DNA of 64,000 bases from Vulcanimicrobiota bacterium (lineage in GTDB: Bacteria > Vulcanimicrobiota > Vulcanimicrobiia > Vulcanimicrobiales > Vulcanimicrobiaceae): positions 19,720 through 83,719 of the forward strand of contig CAWCRI010000016.1 in NCBI GenBank assembly GCA_963797935.1, given 5' to 3'. Positions 10,496 through 19,890 of this stretch are shown piece after piece. Numbering within the stretch: the first letter of the stretch is position 1; every line of letters starts with the position of its first letter. The notes under the pieces were generated by a model. It was not told the DNA's origin. It saw only the letters and a program-made list of their open reading frames with translations, and searched no databases. The position numbers and the translations under genes are program-made.

Positions 10496-10517
10496 GGCGC
10501 TAAGCGCTGGCGAGCGG

Positions 10518-10784
10518 TCAGTCGAGGTCGGCTTCGAGCGCTTCGGCGGTCCGCTGCATCACCTTCGCGAGCAGCGCGATCGCGCCGGCCCGGTTCGTGT
10601 TCAGCAGCATGTACTGCATGCGGTCGTTCGGGTGCAGCACGACGAAAACGCCTTTGCTGCCCTGCGTGATCGACTTGAGGATGCGGTCGATGAACGCCCT
10701 GTCCTCGTCGTCGAGCTGAACCGCACCACCCTCTTCCTTGAGGAGGTCGCGAAGAAACGTATCGAGATTGTCAGGAACATCCAT
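10518..10784 (-). CDS. Hypothetical protein (about 88 aa)
   Basis: MDVPDNLDTFLRDLLKEEGG...; GAGGG SD upstream; GC3 bias. Confidence 0.7.
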   Translation of the reverse strand: MDVPDNLDTFLRDLLKEEGGAVQLDDEDRAFIDRILKSITQGSKGVFVVLHPNDRMQYMLLNTNRAGAIALLAKVMQRTAEALEADLD

Positions 10785-10837
10785 GTACAAAACACCCTCG
10801 TGTGGAACGAGCGCGGCTCTGTTTAGGATAATCGGCC

Positions 10838-10976
10838 GGAGGCCGGGAAAGTGAAGTTCGCAGGGTGAGTCCCGTAAAGCCTTGACGGCTGCTCCGTAAA
10901 GATTGCCTTTACGGCCGCATTCAGAGAAGAAACGTTCCGATTCGCGGCCTGGTTCCCATCCGGCGCCGCGCCGGAT
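10838..10976 (+). ncRNA. Candidate structured small RNA or mscL leader
   Basis: TAGGAT/GATAAT -10-like box at 10824-10832; 5'/3' closing stem; two related internal hairpins; 3' hairpin at 10958-10976. Confidence 0.35.
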
Positions 10977-11032
10977 TGAGCGAGCAAGTCGGCGAACGCC
11001 GCGCTGCGCGCTGTGCGCGCAAGGAGGTAGGT

Positions 11033-11455
11033 ACGCTCAAGGGATTCGGCACGTTCATCGCGCGCGGCAACGTCATCGACCTCGCCGTCGCGGTCATCGT
11101 CGGCTCGGCGTTCACCGCGGTGGTGAACGCGCTCGTCAAAGACGTCCTCACGCCGCTGGTCGCCGCGATCATCGGCCAGCCCGACTTCTCGCGGCTCGGC
11201 TTCACGCTCGGGCGAACACATTTTCCGATCGGCGATTTCGTCAACGCGCTGATCACGTTCTTGCTCGACGCGCTGGTGATCTACTACGCCGTCGTCGTGC
11301 CGTTTCGCACGATCGCGGCGCGCTTTCAACCGCCGGGCGAACCGGTGCTCGCGATGAAGACGTGCCCGGAGTGTCTGAGCGAGATCGCGCAGGACGCGCG
11401 CCGCTGCAAGTACTGCACGGCGGTACTTACGCGCGCGACGGGCGAGCTCAGCTGA
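11033..11455 (+). CDS. mscL: Large-conductance mechanosensitive channel with C-terminal zinc ribbon; apparent ACG start
   Basis: (M)LKGFGTFIARGNVIDLAVAVIVGSAFTAVV; C-terminal CPECLSEI...RCKYC; AAGGAGG lies 5 nt before ACG. Confidence 0.9.
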   Translation, partial: TLKGFGTFIARGNVIDLAVAVIVGSAFTAVVNALVKDVLTPLVAAIIGQPDFSRLGFTLGRTHFPIGDFVNALITFLLDALVIYYAVVVPFRTIAARFQPPGEPVLAMKTCPECLSEIAQDARRCKYCTAVLTRATGELS

Positions 11456-11468
11456 CCGGCGCCATAGC

Positions 11469-12797
11469 GTGAGTTCGCCTATCGACGTCGTCGTCATCGG
11501 CGCCGGCGCCGCAGGGCTCATCGCGGCGCGCGCGCTGTCACGCGCCGGCCGTTCGGTGGTCGTGCTCGAAGCGCGCGACCGCATGGGCGGTCGCCTCTAC
11601 ACGCGCGAGGATCCGGGCTTGCCGGTGCCAGTCGACCTGGGCGGCGAGTTCGTGCATGGCACGGCCGACGTGAGCTTCGCGCTGCTGCGCGCCGCGAACA
11701 CCGTCGCGATCGACACCGGCGGGACGGCGTTCGTGTACGAGGACGGCGAGCTGCGCGAAGGGGACGATCCGTTCGCAATCGTCGAGCGCTTGATGGCCGA
11801 CGCGAAAAACCTCACCGCGGACGTCAGCGTCGAGGACTTCTTGCAGCAGCAGCAGCGCGGTGACGCCGCGCAGGTGGAACGCGAGCGCCGCTACACGCGC
11901 ATGCTCGTCGAGGGCTTCGATGCCGCCGATCCGCAGCGCGCGAGCGCGCGCGCGCTCGGGGACGAGTGGAGCGACGACGGGGGCGGCGGTCAGACGTCGC
12001 GCCAGTTCCGGCCGCTCGGCGGGTACGCGCATCTGCTGCGCACGCTGCACGGCGCGCTCGATCCCGCGCTGGTGGAGGTGCGGCTCGCGACGCCGGTCCA
12101 CGCGCTGCGCTGGTCGCGTGACGGCGTCACCGTAGCCGCGACCACGTCGTCGGGCGCGCCGTTGGAGGTGCGCGCGCGCACGGCGATCGTGACGCTTCCG
12201 CTCGGCGTGCTGCAAGCGAACGCGGTGCGCTTCGAACCGGCGCTGCCGGAGGCGAAGGTCGACGCGCTCGCGCGGCTGGTGATGGGCCCGGTGGTGAAGC
12301 TGATCCTGCGCTTTCGCAGCGCGTTCTGGGAGCGCGTGCACGACGCGCGCTATCTCGACGGAGGCTTCTTCCATCGCGCCGAGGCGGCGTTCCCGACGTT
12401 CTGGACGCTGATCCCGCTGCGCACACCGCTGCTCGTCGCGTGGGCGGGCGGCCCGAAGGCCGACGCGCTGGCGAACCACGACGAAGCGGCGCGGACCGCG
12501 ACGGCGCTCGACGACCTCGCGGTGCTCTTCGGTTCCGCGGCCGACCCGCACGGAGAGCTGGAAGCGGTCTACACGCACGACTGGGACCACGATCCGTATT
12601 CGCGCGGCGCGTACAGCTACGTCGCGGTAGGCGGCGGCAGCGCGCGAACGGAGCTCGCGGCGCCGGTAGACGACGTCCTCTTCTTCGCCGGCGAAGCAAC
12701 AGCGGCAACGAGCGAATCAGGAACCGTAGCCGGCGCGCTGCAATCGGGCGAACGCGCTGCGAACGAGGCATTGAGGGCGCTGGACAAGACAAATTGA
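11469..12797 (+). CDS. Flavin monoamine oxidase family protein
   Basis: VVIGAGAAG, LEARDRMGGR, TLPLGVL, SRGAYSY, FFAGEAT and GTVAGALQSG motifs. Confidence 0.9.
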   Translation: MSSPIDVVVIGAGAAGLIAARALSRAGRSVVVLEARDRMGGRLYTREDPGLPVPVDLGGEFVHGTADVSFALLRAANTVAIDTGGTAFVYEDGELREGDDPFAIVERLMADAKNLTADVSVEDFLQQQQRGDAAQVERERRYTRMLVEGFDAADPQRASARALGDEWSDDGGGGQTSRQFRPLGGYAHLLRTLHGALDPALVEVRLATPVHALRWSRDGVTVAATTSSGAPLEVRARTAIVTLPLGVLQANAVRFEPALPEAKVDALARLVMGPVVKLILRFRSAFWERVHDARYLDGGFFHRAEAAFPTFWTLIPLRTPLLVAWAGGPKADALANHDEAARTATALDDLAVLFGSAADPHGELEAVYTHDWDHDPYSRGAYSYVAVGGGSARTELAAPVDDVLFFAGEATAATSESGTVAGALQSGERAANEALRALDKTN

Positions 12798-12832
12798 CTT
12801 CGCGGCACTAAATGTATTACAATGTAATACAT
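12794..12832 (+). promoter_or_regulatory. Sigma70 promoter with overlapping palindromic operator of the TA operon
   Basis: TTGACT (12794) -18 nt- TACAAT (12818); perfect inverted repeat ATGTATTACA-A-TGTAATACAT at 12812-12832. Confidence 0.8.
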
Positions 12833-12860
12833 CGCGTGTCCTCCAGGGGGCTGCGGTCGG

Positions 12861-13142
12861 GTGCGCATCGATGAATTATTTTGGAACGACGACAATGTCG
12901 ATCATCTCTACCACCGTCACCATGTAACGGTCAGTGAGGTCGAGGAGATCGTCTTTGGCATCGACGGAGAAACAGCGATGTATCGGGTGATTCGCGAACG
13001 CGACTTCTACGTTCTGTATGGATAGACGGGCGACGGCCGTCTCCTCACCATCGTCGGCGAGTTCCTCGGAGATCGTCGCTTTCGTGTCTTCGCCGCACGG
13101 GACATGGACGACCGCGAGAAGCGCTCGTATCGCAAAGGCTGA
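12861..13142 (+). pseudogene. BrnT-like (DUF497) toxin with an internal in-frame TAG
   Basis: MRIDELFWNDDNVDHLYHRHHVTVSEVEEIVFG...YVLYG*TGDGRLLTIV...RVFAARDMDDREKRSY; TAG at 13023-13025; absent from the ORF track. Confidence 0.8.
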
Positions 13143-13144
13143 TC

Positions 13145-13396
13145 ATGACTCAACGAACGACATCAAAACAAAAAGCCGCGGAGGAAGTCCTAAGCCGCTC
13201 GCTCGCAGACCGAATCGCCGGCGCTGAGATCGTGCGTTCGGCAGCGAACCCGAATCCGCCGACCTCGCTACGGCTGAGCGCGCCGCTTCTGGAACGTCTT
13301 GACAGAATCGCGGAGCGACAGCACCGCAGGCGCAGCAACTTAATCCAACACATCCTTTGGGAGTACGTGTACGCCGACGAGTCGAACCGCCGCTAG
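13145..13396 (+). CDS. Ribbon-helix-helix (CopG/BrnA-like) antitoxin
   Basis: PTSLRLSAPLLERLDRIAERQHRRRSNLIQHILWEYV RHH pattern, directly after the toxin. Confidence 0.82.
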   Translation: MTQRTTSKQKAAEEVLSRSLADRIAGAEIVRSAANPNPPTSLRLSAPLLERLDRIAERQHRRRSNLIQHILWEYVYADESNRR

Positions 13397-13522
13397 CGGC
13401 TTCGACGCTTTGGTCGACCAAATCAGACGACGCAAAGGGAGCGTCCTCGGCGTCGGCGAGCCGAGACCAGCGCACCCGGTGCCGAAGCATCAATATCCCG
13501 ACGATTGCGTTTTCGTCGCCGA

Positions 13523-13870
13523 TTAGCGGCTGATGCGTTCGACCCACCAGATCATCGCGACTTGCAGCGGAACGCGCGCCCAGAGTGCCCACGCCGGCGC
13601 GGCGGCGGCGAAATGAGCACCTTTGATCGCCATGTAGATGTTCGCCGGCCAGACCGCGACGAGCAGTGCGATGAGACCCAGGCCGGCCGCGCGGCGCGTC
13701 CGCGGAATGATCAGTCCAAGTCCTCCCGCGATTTCCGCGATTCCGCTAATTGCGACGAGTTCCGGCGCATGTCCGAGCTGCGGCGGAACGATTTGCTCGT
13801 ACATCTCGGTCCGGATGAAATGCACTGCGCCCGTCGCGACGAACAAAAGACCCGTGATCGCGGCGCGCAC
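13523..13870 (-). CDS. DoxX-like membrane protein
   Basis: GAVHF...IVPP...SGIAEIAGG...AVWPANIYMA...WARVPLQ. Confidence 0.85.
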   Translation of the reverse strand: MRAAITGLLFVATGAVHFIRTEMYEQIVPPQLGHAPELVAISGIAEIAGGLGLIIPRTRRAAGLGLIALLVAVWPANIYMAIKGAHFAAAAPAWALWARVPLQVAMIWWVERISR

Positions 13871-13885
13871 GCGCTGACTACCGAT

Positions 13886-14311
13886 TCAGCTGCGCTGGGC
13901 GAAGTGCTGCCGGTCGTCTTCTTCGAGCACGTCGAGCGCGAGCACGAGATCGGGGCGCTCGCGCAGCCAGGGATATGCTTCGTAGGCCGCATCGCGGTCG
14001 CCACCGCGCGGCAGGCGGGCAAGGACAAACGCGTTCCACTCCGCGATGCGCTCCGGTGAGGTCGACGCCGTGACGAACGCTGCCACCGCGGCGTCGTTCT
14101 CCGCATCCGCGACTGCGGCGGTGAAGTGGACGAGACCGATTCCAAGCCCGTCGAGCAGCATCTGGCTGAAGCCAGGGATGTTGTAGGCGCCGAGCGCTCC
14201 GCCCGGCAACGTCGCACGCACCTTGTCGATCGTGCGGGGCAAGAACACCACGTCGGCGAGGGACTCGCGCGGCGTGCGCGGTGGAGCTTTGGTGAGGTCG
14301 AGCGGTAGCAT
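13886..14311 (-). CDS. DUF5069 domain protein
   Basis: DLTKAPPRTPRE...LPRTIDKVRATLPGGALGAY...LEEDD. Confidence 0.75.
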   Translation of the reverse strand: MLPLDLTKAPPRTPRESLADVVFLPRTIDKVRATLPGGALGAYNIPGFSQMLLDGLGIGLVHFTAAVADAENDAAVAAFVTASTSPERIAEWNAFVLARLPRGGDRDAAYEAYPWLRERPDLVLALDVLEEDDRQHFAQRS

Positions 14312-14376
14312 CCGCGCGGCATTCGCCGTCGGCGGTCGTCGACACTCTGAGCGCCTCGGTTACCAGTGGCGAAGGC

Positions 14377-15048
14377 TCAGTTGTGCCGGCGCTGCGAGCG
14401 CATATATTCGACGGAGCGGCTGCCGTCGGGCTTGCGCGAGATGATACGCATCCAATTCTCTTCGAGGTACGTGATGTTCATCGCCGCCGTCGGAGACTCG
14501 CCGTGCTTGCGGTCGTACGTGAATTCCTCGACGCTTCCGTCTAAGATGCCCTCGACGATATCGGCCGTGAGGTCTTCGATCGCCAGAGCCAGGTCGCGGC
14601 GCCCGGCGGACGCTGCGAGCACAAACAGCGCGATTCGCGCGTCTTCGTCGTTCGTCGCGCGGAGTAGAAGCGGCAGCGTGACGCTCGGCAACTCGCGCAC
14701 TGCGGCCTTATACGCCTCGGCGACCTGCGGCGGCACTTCCGGATCCTCGATGCCGTCGCGCTCGAATTCAATGTGCGCGGCAAGCTGGATCAAGGACATC
14801 ACCCCGAGGCTCGGCTCCGCTTCGTCGGCGATGCGCACCAAGTGGGGTACGGCAGCGTACGACGCGGTGTAGATCGTGCCTTGATGGCAGAGCGCGCTCC
14901 ACAGGTCGTAATACGGGTCTCCGTCGCCGCCGACATACGGCGGGAGCGCCTCCACGGCACGCAGCAGCGCCGGGATGTCGCCGGCACTGCCGTAGGCGTG
15001 GTTGAGGCGTTCCCACGCCGCTCGATCGTCGAGATCCAGCATCATCAC
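14377..15048 (-). CDS. Conserved helical hypothetical protein
   Basis: W..LNHAYGSAGDIPALL...LWSALCHQGTIYTASYAAVPHL family signature; start at GTG/ATG 15048-15042. Confidence 0.75.
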   Translation of the reverse strand: MMMLDLDDRAAWERLNHAYGSAGDIPALLRAVEALPPYVGGDGDPYYDLWSALCHQGTIYTASYAAVPHLVRIADEAEPSLGVMSLIQLAAHIEFERDGIEDPEVPPQVAEAYKAAVRELPSVTLPLLLRATNDEDARIALFVLAASAGRRDLALAIEDLTADIVEGILDGSVEEFTYDRKHGESPTAAMNITYLEENWMRIISRKPDGSRSVEYMRSQRRHN

Positions 15049-15068
15049 GTAGGCTCTTCGATGCGTTT

Positions 15069-16685
15069 TCAGTTCACGCGCTTCTCGTGGCCTGTCCACT
15101 CGCGTTCGCGTAGCACGTACTTCTGGATTTTGCCCGTGGATGTTTTCGGCAATTCTCCGAACTCCACGGTCTTGGGCACTTTGAACGCCGCGATGCGCTC
15201 ACGGGCGAACGCGCGCAGCTCGTCGGCTTCCAGCGTGCGGCCCGGTTTGAGGGTCACGAACGCCTTCGCGACCTCGCCCCACTTCTCGTCGGGGACCGCG
15301 ACGACGGCGCATTCCAGCACCGCGTCGTGCTCGAGCAGCACTTTCTCGACCTGCTGCGTCGAGATGTTCTCGCCGCCGCTGATGATCACGTCCTTCGCGC
15401 GGTCGACGATCTCGATGTAGCCGTCGGCGTGCACCACCGCGATGTCGCCGGAGTGGAACCAGCCGCCTTCGAACGCTTTGGCGGTCGCTGCGGGGTCGGC
15501 ATAGTAGCCTTTCATCACGTTGTTCCCGCGCATCACGATCTCACCGTGCGTCGCGCCGTCCGCCGGCACGTCGTCGAGCTCGGTGTCGACCACGCGCACG
15601 TCGCGCGGACCCAGCGTGATCATCGGCACGCCTTGGCGGCTGCGCAGCCGCGCGCGCTCCGCCGGCGGGAAACCGTCCCACTGCGGGCTGTGCCACGCGC
15701 ACTCCGTGATCGGGCCGTACACTTCGGTGAGGCCGTACACATGGTGCAGCTCTGCGCCGAGCGCCTCGATCTGCGCGATCGTGGCCGGCGCGGGCGGCGC
15801 GCCCGCCGTCGTGACGATCACGCGGTGCGGAAACGCGACTGTGTCCGGGTGGTTCACCAGGCCGATCAGCACGGTCGGCGCCGCGCATAGGTGCGTCACG
15901 CCTTCCTCGTGGATGCCGTGGTTGATGCCGACGGCGTCCACCTTGCGCAGGCACACGTGCGTCGCGCCCGCCGCGGTGACGGCCCACGGGAAGCACCAGC
16001 CGTTGCAGTGGAACATCGGCAGCGTCCACAGATACACGCTCTCCGGCCGCAGGTTGGCGTGAAAGATCTCCGCCAGCGCGTTGAGATATGCGCCGCGGAA
16101 CGTATACATCACGCCCTTCGGCTTGCCCGTCGTGCCGCTGGTGTAGTTGATCGAGATCGTGTCGTCCTCGCCGCCGTCGCGCGGCACGAGCGCGTCGCGG
16201 TCGGCCGCGGCGAGAACCTGCTCGTACTCCGCTGCCCCGCCCGGCGACGCGCCGCTTTCGCCGGGCGCCGCGACACGGACGCGCGGTATCTCCGACGCCA
16301 GCCGGCTCACCAGCGGCTCGAGCTCGTAGTCGTACAGCAGCAGCGACGCGCCGCAGTGCGACAGGATGTAGTCGATCTCGTCGGGTGCAAGGCGCGTGTT
16401 GAGCGCGCACAGCACGCCGCCGGCGCGCGGCACGGCGTACGTCGCCTCCAGCACCATCGACGTGTTCGGCGCGAGCACCGCGACGCGCTCGCCGTCGCGC
16501 AGGCCGCGCGCTTGGAGCGCCGCGGCCAGCCGTTCCACGCGGGCGAGGAACTCCGGATACGTGCGGCGCGCGGTGCCGTCCACGACGGCGATCTTCTCGG
16601 GATACACGAACGCGCTGCGCTCGAGGAAATCGAACGGGTCGAGCGCGCGCAGGTGGACGGCGGCGGCGGTCGGTTCGGCGATCAT
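15069..16685 (-). CDS. AMP-dependent acyl-CoA synthetase
   Basis: YTSGTTGKPKG, LPMFHCNGW, YGLTE, WFHSGD, DRAKDVIISGGENIS and PKTSTGKIQK motifs. Confidence 0.93.
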   Translation of the reverse strand: MIAEPTAAAVHLRALDPFDFLERSAFVYPEKIAVVDGTARRTYPEFLARVERLAAALQARGLRDGERVAVLAPNTSMVLEATYAVPRAGGVLCALNTRLAPDEIDYILSHCGASLLLYDYELEPLVSRLASEIPRVRVAAPGESGASPGGAAEYEQVLAAADRDALVPRDGGEDDTISINYTSGTTGKPKGVMYTFRGAYLNALAEIFHANLRPESVYLWTLPMFHCNGWCFPWAVTAAGATHVCLRKVDAVGINHGIHEEGVTHLCAAPTVLIGLVNHPDTVAFPHRVIVTTAGAPPAPATIAQIEALGAELHHVYGLTEVYGPITECAWHSPQWDGFPPAERARLRSRQGVPMITLGPRDVRVVDTELDDVPADGATHGEIVMRGNNVMKGYYADPAATAKAFEGGWFHSGDIAVVHADGYIEIVDRAKDVIISGGENISTQQVEKVLLEHDAVLECAVVAVPDEKWGEVAKAFVTLKPGRTLEADELRAFARERIAAFKVPKTVEFGELPKTSTGKIQKYVLREREWTGHEKRVN

Positions 16686-16720
16686 GGGACCATGTTCGGC
16701 GGACGGGGAAAGCCTACCCC

Positions 16721-17221
16721 ATGTCTGTCACCACCGGGCGCACGTCGCTCGCCTCGGAGACGCCGACCGTCAAGGTCGGCGATCCCGCCCCCGACTTCAC
16801 GCTCAGCTCGCACGCGGGCGAAGAGTTCCACCTCGCCGACAAGCGCGGCACGAACGTCGTGATCGCGTTCTACCCGTTCGCCTTCAGCGGGACTTGAAGC
16901 GTTCAGCTGCCGGTGTACGAGCGCGAGCAAGAGCGCTTTCGCACCGCTGACGCCCAGGTCGTGGGCGTCTCCGTCGATTCCCGGTTCGCCAACGCCGCGT
17001 GGGCGGCGCAGCTCGGCGGCATCAGCTTCCCGCTGCTGAGCGATTTCTATCCGCACGGCGCCGTCGCCGAGCGCTACGGCGTGCTGAACCCGCGCGGGAT
17101 GTCCGAACGCGCGATCTTCGTCATCGACAAGGACGGGATCGTCCGCTACATCGACGTCCACGAGCTGAAAGAGGCGCCGGACCCGGCGGTGCTCTTCGCG
17201 GAGCTCGACAAGCTGAAATAG
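16721..17221 (+). CDS. AhpE-like peroxiredoxin, predicted selenoprotein (UGA at codon 59)
   Basis: Continuous frame KVGDPAPDFTL...FYPFAFSGT-TGA-SVQLP...GVSVDS...FPLLSDF...RAIFVIDKDGIVRY; TGA 16895-16897 occupies the peroxidatic Cys position. Confidence 0.88.
16898..16937 (+). promoter_or_regulatory. Candidate bacterial SECIS element
   Basis: AGCGUUC/GAGCGCU basal stem right after UGA; upper stem with a GUGUA apical loop starting 16 nt after UGA (folded by eye). Confidence 0.55.
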
Positions 17222-17227
17222 GGCAAG

Positions 17228-17302
17228 ACCGAATTCTTTCGGACTGCTCTTGACCCGCCCGGCGGCGGCGTGCTAACGTGGCTCAAACCGAATTCCTTAG
17301 GT
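17228..17302 (+). promoter_or_regulatory. Promoter with two candidate BlaI-type operators
   Basis: ACCGAATTCTTTCGGA (17228) and ACCGAATTCCTTAGGT (17287) flank TTGACC-18-TAACGT. Confidence 0.55.
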
Positions 17303-17314
17303 GTTGGAGGCTCG

Positions 17315-17701
17315 ATGGCACGCCGCCGTTCCGTCCCGCTCACCGAGGCCGAGCAGCGCCTCATGGAGATCGTCTGGTCGTCCGGTCCCGCGACGGTGGG
17401 CCAGATCGTCGAGGCCATCCCCGAGGCCGAGCGCCCCGCGTACAACACCGTCCAGACGATCATGAAGATCCTCGAGCGCAAGGGATACGTCGAGCACCGC
17501 GCCGAGGGCCGGGCGTTCGTGTACCAGACCGTCGTCGACCGCGACGCCGCCGCGCGCACCGCGCTCTCGCACGTCGTGCAGCGCTTCTTCGGCGGCTCGC
17601 CGCGCGCGCTGGCGCTCAACTTGGTCGAAGGCGACCATCTCACCGAGGACGAGCTCGACGAGCTGCAGCGCACGATCGCCCGCGCGAAGGACGAAAGCTG
17701 A
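17315..17701 (+). CDS. BlaI/MecI/CopY family repressor
   Basis: LTEAEQRLMEIVW...AYNTVQTIMKILERKGYV...FFGGS; GGAGG SD. Confidence 0.93.
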   Translation: MARRRSVPLTEAEQRLMEIVWSSGPATVGQIVEAIPEAERPAYNTVQTIMKILERKGYVEHRAEGRAFVYQTVVDRDAAARTALSHVVQRFFGGSPRALALNLVEGDHLTEDELDELQRTIARAKDES

Positions 17702-19890
17702 TGGACGCGCTGATCGTCGCCGTCCTCAACGCGCTATGGCAAGGCGCCGCGCTGATCGCGCTCGTCGCGCTCGTGCTGCGCGCCGGTTTGCGGCGCAACG
17801 CGACCACCGCGTGCGTCGTCTGGAGCACCACGTTCCTCGTCGTCGCGCTGCTGCCCGCGCTCGACCTCGCGCTCGCGCGTCCCACCGTCGCTCCGCCCAC
17901 GGTCACGGCAACCGCCGTGGCGACGACAGCGACGACAGCTGCGACCGTCGTTCGCCATCGCGGCGTCGCGCGCCGTACGACCGCCGGGCCTGAGCGCGCG
18001 TCGGCGTCCTCTGCGCAGACGTCCGCGCCCGCTGCTTCGATCGCCGAACGCGTGCGCGACGGCTCGATGCGCGTCGGCGGCGCCGCCACCGCGTTCGCGC
18101 GCGGGTGGGGCATCGCGCTGGTCTCCGTATGGGCGCTCGTCGCCGGCACGCTGCTGCTGCGCCTCGCGCGCGGCTACGCCGCCGTGGCGCGCATGAAGCA
18201 CGCAGCGACGCCGCTCGACGACCCGCACGTGCTCGGGCGTTTGCGCGCCGCCGGCCATCGCCGCCGCGCGACGGTCGCGCGCTCGCTGCTCGTCGACGTG
18301 CCGTGCGCGGTCGGTTTCCGCCGGCCGATGATTCTCATCCCGGCACGCCTCGCGGCGTCGCTCGACGGCGGCGATCTCGCGCGCGTCGTGCTGCACGAGT
18401 CAGCGCACCTCCAGCGGTACGACGACTGGCTCAACGCATTGGAACAGGTCGTCTGCGCGCTGCAGTTCTTCCAGCCCGCGCTGCACGTCGCGCGGCGCGG
18501 CATTGATTTCGAGCGCGAAGTGGCATGCGACGACCGCGTGCTCGAAGACGCCGGTGAGCCGCTGCGCTACGCCGAGTGTCTCGCGCGCATCGTCTCGCGC
18601 GGCGTGCGCGGACCGCGCGTCGCCGTCGCGCCGGGCTTCATGCTGCGCCGCGCGCAAGTGGTCGGCCGCGTGCGCCGGATCGTCGACCGCTCGCGTGACG
18701 CGTCGCCGCACCTGCGCTTCGCGGCCGTCGCGCTGACGGCGGTCGTCCTCGCCGCGACGCTCGGCATCGCGCGCCTGCAAGTCCCCGTCGTCGCCGCGGC
18801 GTCGGCCGCCACGCCCGCGGTCGTTACCGCGCAATCGATCGCGCCGGTGAAGCCGGCACGCGCGGTGGTCGTCGCGCGACCCGTTCGCGCGTACGCGGTA
18901 CCGGCGCGCAACGCGCGCGCCGAAAGCGTACACCGCGCCGCCGTCGCGCCGAAGCCGCCCGTTGCAGCGCGAGCGGTCACCGCAGCGCGAGCGGTCACGG
19001 CGCCACGCGCTGCCCGCCCTGTGCGCGCCGTATCGCGCCTCGGCACCACGACGACCGTGCGGTCACCGTACCCGATGTCCGACGATCTCGCCGCACCGGT
19101 GCCGCCCGTACCGCCCGCCTCCAGCACGCGTTCCGTGTCCGTCGAATCGGGTCGCACGCCGGAAGCGACTCGCGCCGCGGTCGCCTCCCCTGCCGCCGTC
19201 GCACCCGTCGTCACCGTCACCGTTACGACGTCCGCCCCAACGGTTGCCGCAGCGCGCATCGCTCCGCCCGCGCGCGTGGCGTACCAAAGCACCTACAGCA
19301 CGTATGCGCCGAAGACGCCGCGTGCGGTGGAAGCGCCGGCGGTGCCGCCGGTCGTGCGCGGCGGCGGCGATCTGCTCGAAGCGATCGACGACGCGAAGTA
19401 CCCGCATCCCAGCGTCGACGAGCTCATCGCGCTGCGCAACCAGGGCGTCAGCGGTGACTACGTGCGCCGCATGGGCGGCCTGCATCCGCGCCCGGCGCTG
19501 CACGATCTGCTCGCGCTCGCCGTGCAAGGCGTCACGCCCGACTACGTGGCGTCCCTCAACCACCGGCTCGCCACCGAGCCTACCGTGGGCCAAATCATCG
19601 CGCTGCGCGTGCAGGGCGTCAGCGGCTCGTGGCTCGACGGCCTCGCCGCGACCGGCTATCCGAAACTCGGCGTCGACGACGCGGTGAACCTCGCGGTGCA
19701 AGGCGTCACGGTCTCGTACGTGCGCGGACTGATGGACGCGGGATTGCGCAACCTCACACCGTCGCAGCTCGTCGCGCTGCGCGTGCAGGGCATCGACGGC
19801 AGCTTCGTGCGGCGGATGGCCGCCCACGGCTATCACAACCTCAGCATCGACGAGCTCGTTCGTCTGAAAGTGACCGGCTTCGAACCGTGA
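17701..19890 (+). CDS. BlaR1-like M56 metallopeptidase with Pro/Ala linker and C-terminal helical repeats
   Basis: TM helices, LHESAHLQRYD (HExxH), EREVACDD and about five repeats of L.ALRVQGV..Y; ATG overlaps the blaI TGA. Confidence 0.9.
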   Translation: MDALIVAVLNALWQGAALIALVALVLRAGLRRNATTACVVWSTTFLVVALLPALDLALARPTVAPPTVTATAVATTATTAATVVRHRGVARRTTAGPERASASSAQTSAPAASIAERVRDGSMRVGGAATAFARGWGIALVSVWALVAGTLLLRLARGYAAVARMKHAATPLDDPHVLGRLRAAGHRRRATVARSLLVDVPCAVGFRRPMILIPARLAASLDGGDLARVVLHESAHLQRYDDWLNALEQVVCALQFFQPALHVARRGIDFEREVACDDRVLEDAGEPLRYAECLARIVSRGVRGPRVAVAPGFMLRRAQVVGRVRRIVDRSRDASPHLRFAAVALTAVVLAATLGIARLQVPVVAAASAATPAVVTAQSIAPVKPARAVVVARPVRAYAVPARNARAESVHRAAVAPKPPVAARAVTAARAVTAPRAARPVRAVSRLGTTTTVRSPYPMSDDLAAPVPPVPPASSTRSVSVESGRTPEATRAAVASPAAVAPVVTVTVTTSAPTVAAARIAPPARVAYQSTYSTYAPKTPRAVEAPAVPPVVRGGGDLLEAIDDAKYPHPSVDELIALRNQGVSGDYVRRMGGLHPRPALHDLLALAVQGVTPDYVASLNHRLATEPTVGQIIALRVQGVSGSWLDGLAATGYPKLGVDDAVNLAVQGVTVSYVRGLMDAGLRNLTPSQLVALRVQGIDGSFVRRMAAHGYHNLSIDELVRLKVTGFEP

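Noticed and set aside
13023-13025. Pyrrolysine or programmed amber readthrough in the toxin
   Set aside because: No pyl genes in the window, and other genes use TAG as a normal stop; a nonsense mutation or base-call error is simpler.
18900-19350. Short tandem repeat (GCAGCGCGAGCGGTCAC x2) as CRISPR or mobile repeat
   Set aside because: It is an in-frame low-complexity linker of the M56 protein; there is no spacer array or cas gene anywhere in the window.
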